Below, piece after piece: positions 1 through 12,759 of a DNA stretch of 49,993 nucleotides. The stretch comes from Diploschistes diacapsis (Eukaryota). Both the position numbers and the translations under genes were made by a program. A model generated the notes under the pieces. It saw nothing but the letters and a program-made list of their open reading frames with translations. It was not told the origin of the DNA and ran no database searches. Every line of letters begins with the position of its first letter. Position 1 is the first letter of the stretch. The stretch lies in assembly GCA_023645945.1 (NCBI GenBank), contig JALAIB010000014.1:1-49993 (forward strand). Direction: 5' to 3'.

Positions 1-50
1 GGAAAAGGGGGGAAGAGAGCGAGGGAAGGAGCAGGGGTTGGGCCTGGTAC

Positions 51-166
51 CTCCGGTCGGTGGCGTTGGTGACGACGCGGTAGTTGTGGGCTATGAGGAG
101 TTTGGCGATGCCGAGGCCCATGTCGCCGATTGAGAGGATGCCGACGGTTGCTAGAGGGGGAGGCAT
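51..166 (-). CDS. First exon of a 6-phosphogluconate dehydrogenase-like NAD-binding protein (gene runs off the window's left edge)
   Basis: ATG at 166 gives MPPPLATVGILSIGDMGLGIAKLLIAHNYRVVTNATDR, a Rossmann-type GxxSxGxMG motif; GTACC donor at 50. Confidence 0.7.
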
Positions 167-485
167 TTTTGGGAAAGCTGTGTATCCCCACTTTTCTTTG
201 TGTGGATTTTTATTTCAATGTAAGGAAGCTTTATAACGAAGAGAATTCGATACAGAGGGCCTTCTCATTTCATTGAATGCAGGCGTTGTTATATTGTCGT
301 TGATGATATAGATCAGGATACTCCTCCAAAACAGATACACTTTATTTCCAGCTTCCCCGATATTTAGGGTTTGAACATCGTAGATGCTAAGCAGCTTCAT
401 ATGACTCATTACGGCATATCCCGCCAAGGTGGAGGGCGATCAAAATTCAAAGATCGCTAAGTGGAGCATAGTGTACCACCGCCCA

Positions 486-3037
486 TTAACTTAACCTTGT
501 ACTACCCACCACACCGTTCGTCAAAGGACCTCGAGCTCTCCAACCGTTCCCTTGGCTCTGGTTCGAGCCCGTAGAACTGACCCCATCACGTCTATCTTGC
601 TCTGCCAGGTTAATCTCTGCCACATCGCTCTTTCCTTCCGGGTCTCTCCATATCCTCCAGAAAGCCACCTTAGCAAAACGCCCCAGCCCAGCCCAGAAGT
701 GTCTGCCTGCCTCATGCTCCTTGATCCTATAGAGAAGCTCCGCGGTTGCTTCTCGAACAACTACATCAGGATGGAACAGGCCGAGGCTTAGGTGAAAAAG
801 ACCGCCATGGTTCTCGGGGGTCGCTGTTAGCAGTTGGCAGATCTCGTCATAGGAGTTGATTGCCTGGCTCAAAGCAAGGTAAATCTTGGCCGACTCTTCG
901 TGGGTTAATTTCAAAGCTCGCAAACGATCGACCTGATGTGTGATATCCATATTGCGTATCGGTCGTCGCGAGAACAGAACAGCGATATCTTGAATAAAAG
1001 CATAGTACGAACGGGTGTTCCGCCACCCCTCGATCCGCCATACATGAGCACCTAGTTCGCGAGCCCGTGTAGTATCATCAGGCCACACGTAGCCATGACC
1101 AGAAACGCCGTAAGCACCTCCATCGGCCTCCGCTGCTCCTATGAACAAGGCAGATGCCCCGTATACTGCTTCTTCGAAAGCGGCAGCTAGCCGAACAAAC
1201 TTGAGGATATAGTCTCGCCACTTTGATCTTAGGGCAATTTCACCATGACGTGCACTAATTGACCGTAGTATGCGGTCCATGAAGGCATTATCGCCGACAG
1301 GGTCTGATCCGGGAGGGTTTGAAGAGGATGGTGGCAGAGCTCCAGTGCTGCTTGGAGCAAACGAAGGATGCTGCTGTTGGAAGAAGAGAAGACCTTCAGT
1401 GGGTAAAGCTGGCTCTATACGACTTGATATCTTCATTCGGCCGGTCGGTATATCGCAAAGAAGATCCCACCATTCAGGGTGATTGGCAAAAGCAGGATTT
1501 GTAACACCTGCGATAAACCCAGGAACGTTGAGAAGGTTTTCGATCTTTGTTAGATCGGTATAGGGAAAAGCATGTCTAGTAAAGCCTCGAAGAAGAGTTC
1601 CTGAAACAAGAGCACACGCGGCGAGTACTGCTTCTGCAACCTCCCCGGACGGACGATTAAAGCCTAGGAAAATGATACGCTTTTGGGTCAAGATGGCATT
1701 AAGGAGTACGATTATAGGATGCGTGTAAGCACCAGATGTTGTCAAATGAGGATGCAGCATGAAGGGTTGTGGTGATTGCAGATGAGGTGTAGCAAAAGTT
1801 TGTATGAGCTTGATGGTGGAAAAGTCACCGACCGTTTCCGGCGATATGGCCGTGGGTATCTTGATAGGAATAGGAATTGAGTTATACATAACGCGTGTCT
1901 CGTATTCGTGAGTATCTCGTGGCAATTGTTTCTGGTGTTGATGTCGGCTTGAATCGAAAGTCTGCTTGGTTGGGGAGTCTCCCAATGGCTCTCCTGGATT
2001 AGTGTTCTCTTCTAACATTTTCTGTTGTATCATTTGATCGAACTTTTCGATGAATAGGTCTTTCCCGTCGCTGGCTAACAAGATCTGCCGCTCGAGCGGC
2101 GACAAGCGAGGCATTAGAGAAAGATCCATAGCGTTGACGGCATTATACAATTGTTCTAATGTCTCAAGAAATGGTGACTTGAAGTACTCCTCTAGAGCCA
2201 GGAGCAGAAGTGGCTTCAGTTCCTTAGCCTATGACTACTGCCATTATTAGGAAGGACCCACTTTATATATATGTAAGAAGGGATGTCTTGTACAAATCGC
2301 CATCGTCTTCACCATAGCACCTCTATCAAAGGTGTCAGTAGGTCTTGCCAATGCGTGGCGCAGCCGACAAACCTCTTATAATTGTTATCTTGCTTGGTGT
2401 TGACCAGATTGAGAACGTAGATAAGCGGCGGCCCCTCTCCTCCATCATCTTCATCCTCGTCTGCCGTATCTTCCTCAATTTCTTCCAATTTTTGCTCATC
2501 TCCATTGGCTGCTTCACGCGCTTTTTGCCTTTCTTCTCGTCTTTGTAAACGCTCCAGCCGCCTCTCTTCCCGCAACTCTTCCTCTTCGCTAGTGTCTTTA
2601 TGCAAAAAGAACATTGTCCAGTCTTCGCTTCTAACGTGAGCTTGGTCTGGCAGCATAAGCTCAGCAAGCATAGTTTCATCTCCACTGATCGCGCCTGGAT
2701 ACTGATGTTCCATTGTCGGACCCATGTCAATGTCAAAGGATGCCACTAGGATGTACTCCACGTGGCGCTCTGTGGACTCCATGGGGTATTGTGATTTCAC
2801 CTTCCGCATCTTTCGCGGTCGTTTTCTTGACAGAGGCCCCAGGGAAGGACTGATTGGGGACTGGACGCTACTACTCGAGCCGCCCCTTCGCGCCACGCTT
2901 TTGGGGGGTATTCGAGGTGGGCCCGATGCATTTGAAGCGCTCCGGGATACAGTCGAATTGAAGGAGCTTTGTCGCGCATGGCCACTAATACTCGCATTAC
3001 CGGCAGTAGAGGGCCGCAGCGGCAGAGTAGAGGCCAT
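486..3037 (-). CDS. mesA: MesA/Afi1 family polarity protein (uDENN/DENN-like), 3 exons
   Basis: [45 protein letters not shown]; spliced [56 protein letters not shown]. Introns at about 2372-2323 and 2261-2216 join ORFs 2309-3037 and 486-2150. Confidence 0.88.
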
Positions 3038-3607
3038 TGCGTGACTTATGGAAAAGGTGAAACGCGCGTATCTAACGGATAAAACGTGGATATACGGATT
3101 GCAAGGGCTCAGCGATACCTGAAACCCATGTGGTCAGGGTAGAGTAGTAGCTGCACGGTCCCTTGGGCTGCATGCAGAAGGTCGAAAGACGAACTGCCGG
3201 GATGCATGAAGCTGCATCAAGGACCCCATAGCTGCACGTTAAAGTAACTACCCCTAAATACTGGTTGAAAGGGTTGGCAAAGCCAGCCAGGACTCTGGCT
3301 CAGATGGAATAGTGGTGGCTTTGGTGGCTAAGGCATCAAGAGAAGGCGGGCAAGGTTGGGTCAGAAGGTTTAAGTTGCGCATTCCCCCTCGATCCTTAAC
3401 TCCTTAAATCCGGCGATGATAACCACGTTAGCCGAGCCTTTGTTTACTTTGTTGCCCGTTTGAATCAGCGAGCATGCTGAATGGTAGCATATGCCAATAC
3501 TATCCCGTATCTTCAAACGGTCGCCGCTGCCGTTCCAGTGCCAAACGTTGAAATACTTGGGCTCTGTCCGTCTTCCAGCCACGCTCTAGCCACCGAAATA
3601 CATCACT

Positions 3608-4609
3608 ATGGTACCGTCACCATTGCAGAAACACTTCATCAATCCATTGCTAACTACCTTCCGGAGCAGTCCCAACCACATACGGTACACAAGGGATCGA
3701 CAATATCTTTCAACTCGGGGCGCGCATCCCCGTTCAGACGTCCCGAGTCACCTTCCTCCCCAGCAACAGTGCGCGCAACAACACCGACATTCCAATCGAA
3801 CCGACCCTCAACACCGTCCAAGCTCGCCAACTCCTCGACGCCGACAGTGGAGCATACCTTCACCCCACGCACTCGCGAGCTTCCGCCTTCGCCCACCAGA
3901 AGAGGCAACAGCTTTGCTGAGCAACCAAACGAGATGATGGCCACCATGGGGTCGGCTCCTTCGCCTAAGATATCGCATGTATACAGGCCTGCATCTTCGC
4001 CTCAGACGTTACCGCCTGCAAACATGGATACGCTCTCGAGGCTGCCGCCGGCACAAGTAAGAGAGATGAGAGAGTCGTTTCAAATCTTGGATCAGGATAG
4101 TGATGGCTTAGTCAATCGCGAAGATGTCGCAGAAATGCTTAAGAGCCTTGGTATGGTGACAATAGCGCATCATCGAAGTCAAGAACTAACAGTTTCTTCA
4201 CTTAGGACTCGATTCTAACTCCAGCTCCATATCTCCCTACTTCCCAGCTTCCGTCCCCCACCCGCTTCCACTACCAGTCTACCTTTCACAACTTTCTTCA
4301 CTTCTTGTGCCTCTCTCCCCACACTCAGAACTCCTCGCGGCACTCTCTGCTTTCGACGATGACGACAGCGGCCAGATCAACACCAGCGAGCTAATGGACG
4401 CACTCACAAATGTAAGACCAGAAGACGGTGGCAGGAACATGAGTAAAAGGGAAGTGGAGTCTGTGATGGAAGGCTTCATAGGGCGAAGAGCTTTTGGAGG
4501 GTTTAGTACCTCGAACAAGACTAGGGGAGATGTGTTTAGATACCGTGAATGGGTTGCAAGCTTGGGTGCCGCCGGGGGTGGCCAGTCGAATGCAGCGACA
4601 GCTTCTTGA
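3608..4609 (+). CDS. EF-hand protein, myosin regulatory light chain-like, with Ser/Pro-rich N-terminal extension
   Basis: QVREMRESFQILDQDSDGLVNREDV and LLAALSAFDDDDSGQINTSEL EF-hands. Predicted exons 3608-3610 (ATG only), 3670-4150 and 4206-4609, with GT-AG ends and CTAAC branch sites. Confidence 0.8.
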
Positions 4610-4835
4610 CGATTTAAAGAAGAGACTTGTGTGGCGTTGCTTGGCTTCACATAATTTTCACGGGAAGTTCGAAAGAGCCATTGAAGGCATTGCATTCCCT
4701 GGAGATATGGCATCCCGGTGGTTTTACTGCTACTTGGAACATCTCAGTCACGGTAATGACAGCCCCGGGCGGATTCGGTGTTCTCCAAGGTCTTTTTAAA
4801 TCAATGCAAAGGATTTTCTTGGATCAAAGAGCACA

Positions 4836-5913
4836 TCAATCATGATCTTCTTCTGTCAATCCAGGACATCCATCCATTTCCTCGTCTTCATAGCGGTATT
4901 TACACCAGAAGCAGTAATGGTACTGTTTGCGGAAGAACTCGACCAGCCTTCGTAGCCTCTCGGCCGGTTCCAGCGCCTTGAACTCATCAAGCTCTGGGTC
5001 TTCCTCCTCAATATCCTCCTCTTCCCTGCCGAAAGCCTGCTTTTCTTGCGCGTCATCTTCTGGGTCGTTATAATTGGCGTTGTTTGAAAGACTTTGAATA
5101 AGATCGTAGCGCATCCGTCGCTCCCTTTCCTTCAGGTCTCTTTCTCGCGTCAAACCCCGCCAGAGAACATTAATCTGTTTAGGAAGCCTTTTGGTCGCGA
5201 TCCGGGCCTTCACACTCGCTTCCGGTGCAAGACCTTCTTTCTCGGCTACCGTAGGCGCCAAATCTTCTGCAACCCCCTTCGCTTCGTCACCTGCAGACTC
5301 CTCTTCCTCCATTCTTTCTGCGACTCTCATGGCTGCGCCTACCTGCCTTTCCAACCGCTCTTGTTCCCTTGCCCTAGCAACCCTCTCCCTAAAGTCCCCT
5401 TCTTCAGCCTTCACGCGCTTCACCTCGCTCTCAGCCTCTTCCCAAAATTTGCGCTTCTTCTCCGTATCCAAACCGACACCCGCGCGTCCGTCCTTTAATT
5501 CCAGCCCGATGGGCTCCAGACGCGCAGCAAGGTTGTTCCTTGCTCCAAGGCCGGAGCCTTCTTGAAAGCCGAGCTTCGACAGCATCTTGTAGCCTTTAGA
5601 TGTCTGGGGTATGGAGGTGGAGAGGGCGGCATCGCGAGCTGCGGCTGCTTCGGCAGCAAGCTGGGCTTTGGATTTGGGATTTTTGGACTCGGCCTATGCA
5701 GAAAAGTTTTTTAGTCTCTTGAGAGAGGAGATTCAATTAATTCGAAAGAGAGGTGAAGGCAGGTACCTCGCGCTGCTTGCGCAGGCGTCGCTGGGTGTAG
5801 GTCTCCTTTTCGGCAGGCTTCGTAGGCTCGACTATGGTCATGGACATGTAGTCTTCCTCTTCGTCTTCGCCGTCTCGACCCAGAGTATCACGGTCGGCCT
5901 TTGCTGCTGCCAT
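4836..5913 (-). CDS. G-patch domain protein 11-like (G-patch plus C-terminal DUF4187-type motif)
   Basis: EEEDYMSM N-terminus; SKGYKMLSKLGFQEGSGLG...EPI...RAGVG G-patch; C-terminal YHYCFWCKYRY...CPGLTEEDHD; intron 5766-5694. Confidence 0.88.
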
Positions 5914-7514
5914 TGTTGTTGTGACTGAGAAGCGGATATTCTACGAAAATACTTCCAAAGAAGATGCAACGCTGAAAGATCATCCTGGTTTCTGCTCTAC
6001 CCTGATAACATATTGGGGTTCCCCTGGGAGACTGGAAGATGCAGATTTATCAACGGCCACGATTATGATACCAGAAAGGAGCGTGCATGAAGCAGCTATA
6101 ATAGTCGAATCGTTTACGATCTTATTTCCGCTCCTTGAATAACTTGTTAATCTGAAATTCGAGTCTCAAGCGGAGCTTCAGGTTTCTAAAACTTGCGACA
6201 TTCCCAGTTTTTTTCTCGAATAATGGACACTCAATTGACATTACTGTATACATTGGCCAAAGCAGATTGCTTCAGACTCAGCAGGTGCGCCCTAAGCCTT
6301 TCATACAAAGTCGTAGGGCTAAAGATCGACTGCGTATGCCGCCAAGTCCGTTTCGATTTTTTCTCATATATTTTTAAGCGCTTTCCATGTATGCAATGGA
6401 CAGTGCTGTTACTTTATACATATAACATTTTGGCTTTAAGCTAGATTCGCCACCATCATAAACGACCTGTTGTTTTACATGTCTGTAAAGGCAGGGCGAC
6501 GGTAAACAAGGAGATTTATTGATTGTTTTTTATATTGTTCAGCTCATATTTTTTTTTTGATGATTTACAGCCCTGTTTCAAGTATAGATATTTTAGTTGG
6601 GGTGTAGCTTAGCACTACGCATAGATTAAGGGTTATCAAATATATATTAAAGTTAAATAGCGAGCAGTAGGAACTGGGAATACATTTGATGCGGCTGAAA
6701 GCATCTTGTGGTTCACTTCCCGGGAGTTTTACATGACTATTATAATTAATATATCAAAGAAATCTTGCTGCGGAAATGCGATTGGGTAGCCCGTTCGCTT
6801 GTGTATCACGTTTAAATTACTTTTTTTTTCAATAGTTGGGGCTCTTCAAACCAAATATTAGAGTCCCCGGTCCTTTGTGGCTGCCGACATCCCAATACAC
6901 GCCATGAACGAGACAGAACGGTCCAGGGGCCGGGCTAGCACCCCCGGTTTAAAAAAGGAACATCAGGCATTATATGAGCCTGTCTGTCTAGGGGCATGCT
7001 TTGCACGTGGAATTTACTCCGTCTGGTCTGGACGTGCAGTACTAAGGCAACTCATGGCGCAGCTAATTCATCCGCAACATATGATGGTGGCGGATCGCTC
7101 GGTACTCTGCCCTCTTGCGCGGCTATAAGCACCGTTAATATAGTTATGGCTCCCGAAGTGTTTGGTTATACCTGCCATCGACCAATGGGCGCTGGCCCGA
7201 CTCAGCTGTCAGGCCATACAGATCCTCAGGTTATAAACAGTGGGACCACGAGAGCGTTCAGTATACCCGAATATGGGAAGTTTCCTGTTGCGGCCCGGTC
7301 AAAGCGAGTGCTTCGTCATCACTGCAAAGCAGCTTCAGGGTGGAACCATGAGCGTCCCTGATAAAAGTGGTAGCGCAGCGGGAGAAGCCGATTGCTCCAA
7401 CTCCCTGTATAAGCACCCTCACTGCTGACACCTAGCTGTCTCTTTGCGAAGCTCAAGATCTCCCAGCCTCCACTCAAGCTCACGGCGTCAACCGGTCGAC
7501 AGCTGGCTTATGCA

Positions 7515-8435
7515 ATGGCTCGCTTCGCTCCTTCAGAAAACACTCTTACGTTCCTTGCCGGAACTGTTGTCGTTCTTACAGGAGGTTCAAAGGGAATCGG
7601 AGCCCCCTGCGTGCGACTCCTTCATGCCCTCGGCGCATATATTGTATTCGGAGACATCAACACGTCGGCAGCCTCTGAGCTGCTGTCCTCTCTCAGGCTT
7701 CACAAGGACATACCACAAAGAGTTATTTTTGTGAAGATGAATGTGGCGCAGTACGTTGACCACGTCGACCTATTCGGAAGGGCCATGGGCGCCTACGGAC
7801 ATGTGGACCATGCCATCAGCATTGCGGGTGTACCAGAGCACGGAGACTGGTTTGGACCATCGCTAAGCACCACCTCAGTCGAGGATCCGCCCTCAACCCG
7901 CACGCTCGATGTGAATCTACTCGGTGCCTGCTACTTTGCGCGGGTGGCAATCGCGTATCTGCGCTCAGAAGAGCGTGAACCGGGAAACCACTCTCTTACT
8001 CTGATGTCGTCCGTTGCCGGATTCAAAGAGTCCGCGATTCCAATGTACCAGGTCTCTAAACATGGGGTTCTCGGCTTGATGCGGACGCTCAAGGCGGGCT
8101 CAGTCCCCTCGAGAAGCATCCGTGTAAATGCTCTGTGTCCGTGGATGACGGAGACAGGCATCACCGAGAGCCTCATGCCGCTGTGGAAGGCTGGAGATCT
8201 GCCATTGAATACAGAAGAGCAAGTTGCGAGAGTCATTTCTGAACTAATGCGCTCGAAGTCGAGCAACGGAAGAGCTCTGTATGTGGAAGGAGGGCGGGCA
8301 TGGGATATTCAGGAGGGTCTGGATGGTGCAGAGGGCGAATGGTGGGGCAAGGAATTGAGTAGCGAGTGGGCACGCAGTAGAGCACTCGTTGCCCAGTGGA
8401 ATACAAAGGGGGGATCTCGCTCGAAGGAAAGCTGA
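7515..8435 (+). CDS. Short-chain dehydrogenase/reductase (15-hydroxyprostaglandin dehydrogenase-like), intronless, apparently intact
   Basis: VVVLTGGSKGIG (TGxxxGxG), VNLLG, SSVAG, YQVSK (YxxxK), RVNALCPWMT. Confidence 0.9.
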   Translation: MARFAPSENTLTFLAGTVVVLTGGSKGIGAPCVRLLHALGAYIVFGDINTSAASELLSSLRLHKDIPQRVIFVKMNVAQYVDHVDLFGRAMGAYGHVDHAISIAGVPEHGDWFGPSLSTTSVEDPPSTRTLDVNLLGACYFARVAIAYLRSEEREPGNHSLTLMSSVAGFKESAIPMYQVSKHGVLGLMRTLKAGSVPSRSIRVNALCPWMTETGITESLMPLWKAGDLPLNTEEQVARVISELMRSKSSNGRALYVEGGRAWDIQEGLDGAEGEWWGKELSSEWARSRALVAQWNTKGGSRSKES

Positions 8436-8610
8436 GCTTAGCTTTCGGGTTCCAAATTCGCAGCATTCTTGTTCAGAAGGCCTTGTCGAGCCAGGTCTTT
8501 GTTGAGATATAAGTGCAAGTTACTGAAAGCCTCTCCCCAATAAGAGACCTCAGCCAATTCTGTTGGAGATGAGGAAAAGAGTCGGTGAGATCTCGTTTAT
8601 TTCTAAGGCA

Positions 8611-9708
8611 TCATGACGCCTTCCTGGCTGTCACCAAGACTTGCGGAAGAACCAAGCTGGCTCCGTTTTTTACTTCTTCGACCGCCCTCTCGATCCTTCT
8701 AGAAGTCTTTCTCCTCTCATTCGGGTCAGGGAACACCTTGGCCGAAAATTCTTCAAGAAGCAGTAGCCAACTAAATACCAAACAACGCCGTGAGCCCTCA
8801 TGCACCCATCGTGGACACTGACTCACTTTTCGGTATGGAATCTTGCCATTCCTTCGGCTGGCTCGAAACTTTCGATATCTGTGTCTTCGTACCCAGCCTA
8901 GCTTAATAGGTCGGGTACCGAGGAACCCAGCTATGGACCATTAAAATTTATCTGGTGCTTGATAATTAAAATGGCCCGTCCACTTACTCAACCGGTCCTC
9001 TGCCTTGCTTGGGTTTTCTCATGTATCGCCTTATGGAATCGAGCTCTGTTGACTGCCCTTGCGAAGGCCAACTAGTGTATGAGGTTGAGTGGTCTACCTC
9101 TTCCCATTGAAGCCAACCACCGGATTCTGTCAAAATCTCAGTAGATGGCTGGGAGGGTACGTTAATTATTAGCTCACTTAGCATTTGGTGTGCATTTCTG
9201 ATAAGAATTGAGGGGTCGTCGTCTACGATGACCGCCTGCACCAGCCTTATATGGACGAGGTCATACTTTCCTATGCAAGACTCGGGCACCTCGCCAAACA
9301 TGTCCCAGGCATGAAGCTCGATGTTTTTGGGGAGCGATCTCTGAGCTGGGCATTGCGACAGATTGATATCAAATGCGTCCAAACGAGCTATCGTACCAGG
9401 ACGAGACTTGACGAGGTCGATTGGCCACAACCTAGTTATGTGAGGACAGAACCACAGAAATCATCTTGATAATCGGTTCATACGCCGTGCCAGTTGCTAT
9501 ATCAGCAACGTATATTTCACTAGCTGGAATTGGGATAAGTGGAGATAATAGCCCGCCTTGAGCGTCCTTCCACAGATGGTGTTGGCAATTTAGGCTTGTT
9601 AATTAATAAACATGGGCCCGGTAGGCGTGAATTGAATACATACCGAACTGAGGCGCTGTAGCTGCGATTTAATGGGTAGAGGTCTTCGGACATGGCTGAC
9701 GGGGACAT
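8611..9708 (-). pseudogene. LaeA-like class I SAM-dependent methyltransferase, disrupted
   Basis: YPLNR..ASVRLNCQHHLW, VADIATGTA, YDLVHIR, GGWLQWEE. The penultimate exon needs a frameshift near 8917 (WVPR/xPDLLS) and has an in-frame TAG at 8900-8898. Confidence 0.8.
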
Positions 9709-9890
9709 TGTGAGACGGGCTAAACAGGGAAGAAAGTATAATGAGCTAAAGAAACAGCTGCAATCAAAAGTCACATATGGATATCAGCACCTGGCTCCTT
9801 CCTTATTGCGAATAAACTTGGAAGACTACAAGAAGACGAAGCTATGGGGGCGTCGCCTGCATGAGATTGAGATTAGGAAAGGAGGATGCC

Positions 9891-11322
9891 CTAATCCGCA
9901 GCGAAGGCAACCTCCTGCAACCACTCGACGACCTGAATATTGATCACGTTGGGAGCCAAGACTAAGCTGAAATGTCCGCAATCCGCCTCCCTGCGGCGGA
10001 GAGCTGGAATGAAATCCTCCATGCCTTGGCTCATTTGCGGGGGGAGAAAAATATCTCGCTTCGATTGTATGAACAAGAAGGGAACACTGATCGTGGCGCG
10101 AGGGTTCAGGCTGGGGGCATATTTGTCTGCGATGAGAGTAACATGGCTTGCTTGCTTGCTTGCGTAGGAGATCGCTCACCAACGTTCATCCTCAAAATTC
10201 TGGCACCGATTCCTGTACCAGTTGACTGGAGAGAGAACAAAGGGGGTTAGCGCTCGGGTCGGCCATCGGGCTAATGCCGGCTATGCTTACGCGGTCCATG
10301 CATGCCATGGCGCGAGTACTCCTGCGTGTAGTAGTCCAGATCCTAAGATATGATATGCATTAGTTAGGAACTTAGGCACGACATCAAGCCTGAAGCCTGG
10401 TTTATGGGGAAGACTTTACGTCATCCGTAAGCACATCGGATTTGATTAGCTTGGGCCAATTTTCGAGTAGCGGGCCTTCTGTGTCAAATGGGCGCTCCCC
10501 GTTGGGACCTTTGCCATAGTAACCTGCGATGAAGAAGAGTCTAATCATCTCCGGATTGGACAGCAGCTCTTCGAACTTGGGGGACCCAAACCGCTTCTGA
10601 TAGCGGAAGGTCGGGTATTTTGCAACGTACGCATCCCATTCGAGCCAAGCAGGCTCTGGCGCGAGGTAGGGCGTCCGAGCTGAAAATATTGCCTGAACGA
10701 TTTCTGCGTAGAAGAGATAAATGCGTGTGACGATCATGCCACCCCTGGGGCTCAAGCCGTGTTGTCATGTCAGCCCTAACTTCGCCCTAGGGCCACAGAC
10801 CGGGGGCGCAACCGCCCGGGGGGGACAGCTAACCAGTCGTGGCCGCCAAGGATTATCCTTGAGACACCCAGCTGGCGGAACCCGCTCTTTGATGTCATCA
10901 GCGCATCTCTTGAACGAGTAATTCGTAATGCTATGGGGGGGAACGACGGGGGCTTCCTGGATGAGAAAAGTGAGTGGTCAGATTAGCTTATGCATCTCCG
11001 AGCTCACCGTGCCGCCATAGCCTATGCAGTCGATTGCCAGCACCTGCAGTCCCTGCGCTTGCAGGGCGGGGATTTGGAACCGCCAGCCGTACGATAAATC
11101 ATGGAAGCCATGGACCAAGACAACAGTCCCACGGCAGTTGCCGGTGGTCGTGTCGCCCCAAAGTGTATCTACTCCACAGCGTGAGTCAAGCTAGTTGAGG
11201 CTCAGTACTTTGGATTGCGGGAGCCTTAAGGTACCTGGTTCCATTCAAAATGGCGCATTTGTGTAAACGCCTTCCGGCAATGGATCAACGGACGGAGTCT
11301 GATCATCGAGCAAGGTTGCCAT
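9891..11322 (-). pseudogene. Soluble epoxide hydrolase-like alpha/beta hydrolase, frameshifted
   Basis: GTVVLVHGFHDLSYGWRFQIPAL, DCIGYGGT, spliced GHDW|GG nucleophile motif, LNWYR, RDIFL acid, CGHF catalytic His. Frameshifts near 11265 and near 10880 (DDIKE../RQLGVSRIILGGHDW). Confidence 0.82.
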
Positions 11323-11525
11323 TTTAATATCAATCGATACCAGGAGCTACCGGCTGGAGAACGTAACACTGGAGGCCTCTCTAGATATACTTGGGCACGA
11401 ATAAGGGAAGCAGCAGGCGGCACAGTGTACTCACACAGCGATAGGCGGTAGATTACTTTAGGAACTTTGTTAAGGTTGCAAGCAATTGATCGTAACCCGC
11501 TCTCCTGACCCAGGGTTACATTTCG

Positions 11526-11991
11526 TTAATGTGGTTTACCAAAAAGCTCCAAAGTCGTACCGTCTTCGTTGCGCACAAAGACGCAATCCCATCCCGCCAT
11601 CGAACCTCGATCCAAAACCGTCACCGGCCCAATCTTTTGCCAACCCATGGCCTCTGTCCTCGGTAAGAGCAGATCCAGTCTCTCCACCTGTAGTCCCAAA
11701 TGGAAACTGCCGATATCCTGACATTGAGGCTTGTATATCGCTCGATCTTCCGGCTTAGAGAACTCGATCAGCTCAAGCGTGGAGCCATCAGGAAGACCAA
11801 GAACTGCTGTATTCAGGACCGCGTCAGGGTGGCCCACTGCAATTGATAACGGCGGTTCGAATTGTAAGCGATAACGAATCGGCAAGCCCTAGGGTCTCGT
11901 GCCAGAATGCAAGAGACGATGCAAGGGATCGGACAGTGACACCGGTGTGGCTGACACCGAATACCCGGCATTCGGACTGGCTGGTAGCCAT
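11526..11991 (-). pseudogene. VOC/glyoxalase-bleomycin resistance family protein, intronless, single +1 frameshift
   Basis: VSHTGVTVRSLASSLAFWHETLGL in one frame; PIRYR...LELIEF...FHLGLQV...FVRNEDGTTLELF in another. All four H/E/H/E metal ligands are visible; the frame changes at about 11886. Confidence 0.82.
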
Positions 11992-12759
11992 TATCTGGTC
12001 TGCGGTATTGTTCATTCCCAATCAGTGAGGAAGCGCTGTTCGGAGTATGTGGGAATAAAGTGGAGAAGCAGAGAAGCGGACTGACTTTCTCGCTTCTGCT
12101 CTTCTTCACACCGCTGTGGGAATGGTATTGATTGCATTTAAACAAGTACTAGGCAGCAGAGAAAATATTATGCAGACTCGGTAAACAGATGCCGCTCCAT
12201 GCCGCAGTAATCACTGGATGAAGGTCAAGGCGAAAACCACAACCAGAAATACTATGTCACGAAGTCGGGATGTTCCCATACGAGGCCGAGACCACATACT
12301 TCAAGGATCTTCATGGAGCAGGCTCATTGTGCTAAGGTTGCACGTTAATAAACGCTAAGCGCACCGTCGAGTCCCCAATGGCACATGCGGACCAGTATTC
12401 AATCTCTAGAGATACTTAGAGTCCAAGGCATGCGGTCAGAATCGAGCCATGATCTTACGCGTCTCAATTCAGTTTGCGGAGGGCACGGTGCAAAGTAGCG
12501 GTGCTAGTGTGCTATGCTAGCCCTGGCTCCAGTTGGAAGCTGAACTCACATAGGGGATAAGACTTCCGGATTAGGGGTTTCAAATGCGACATGAGTGCAT
12601 TGAATTGTCCCATTGTTATAACCTACCAATGAGCCAGCTTCAAGGCCTATAGTAAGCCGCTGATCCCAGCGGAACTTCCGCTTCCCAGGCTTCGCGCCGA
12701 CAGAAGCACGAGATGATCAAAGCCAGAGGCGCTGTTTCTAGATTGTGGGGATGCTACCT

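Noticed and set aside
6000..7500. Short ORFs and AT-rich tract between the GPATCH11-like gene and the SDR
   Set aside because: No motif, repeat structure or splice-supported model; treated as intergenic DNA at the left island boundary.
7515..8435. Retrocopy origin of the intronless SDR (and enoyl reductase)
   Set aside because: No poly(A) remnant or TSD seen; lack of introns alone is insufficient.
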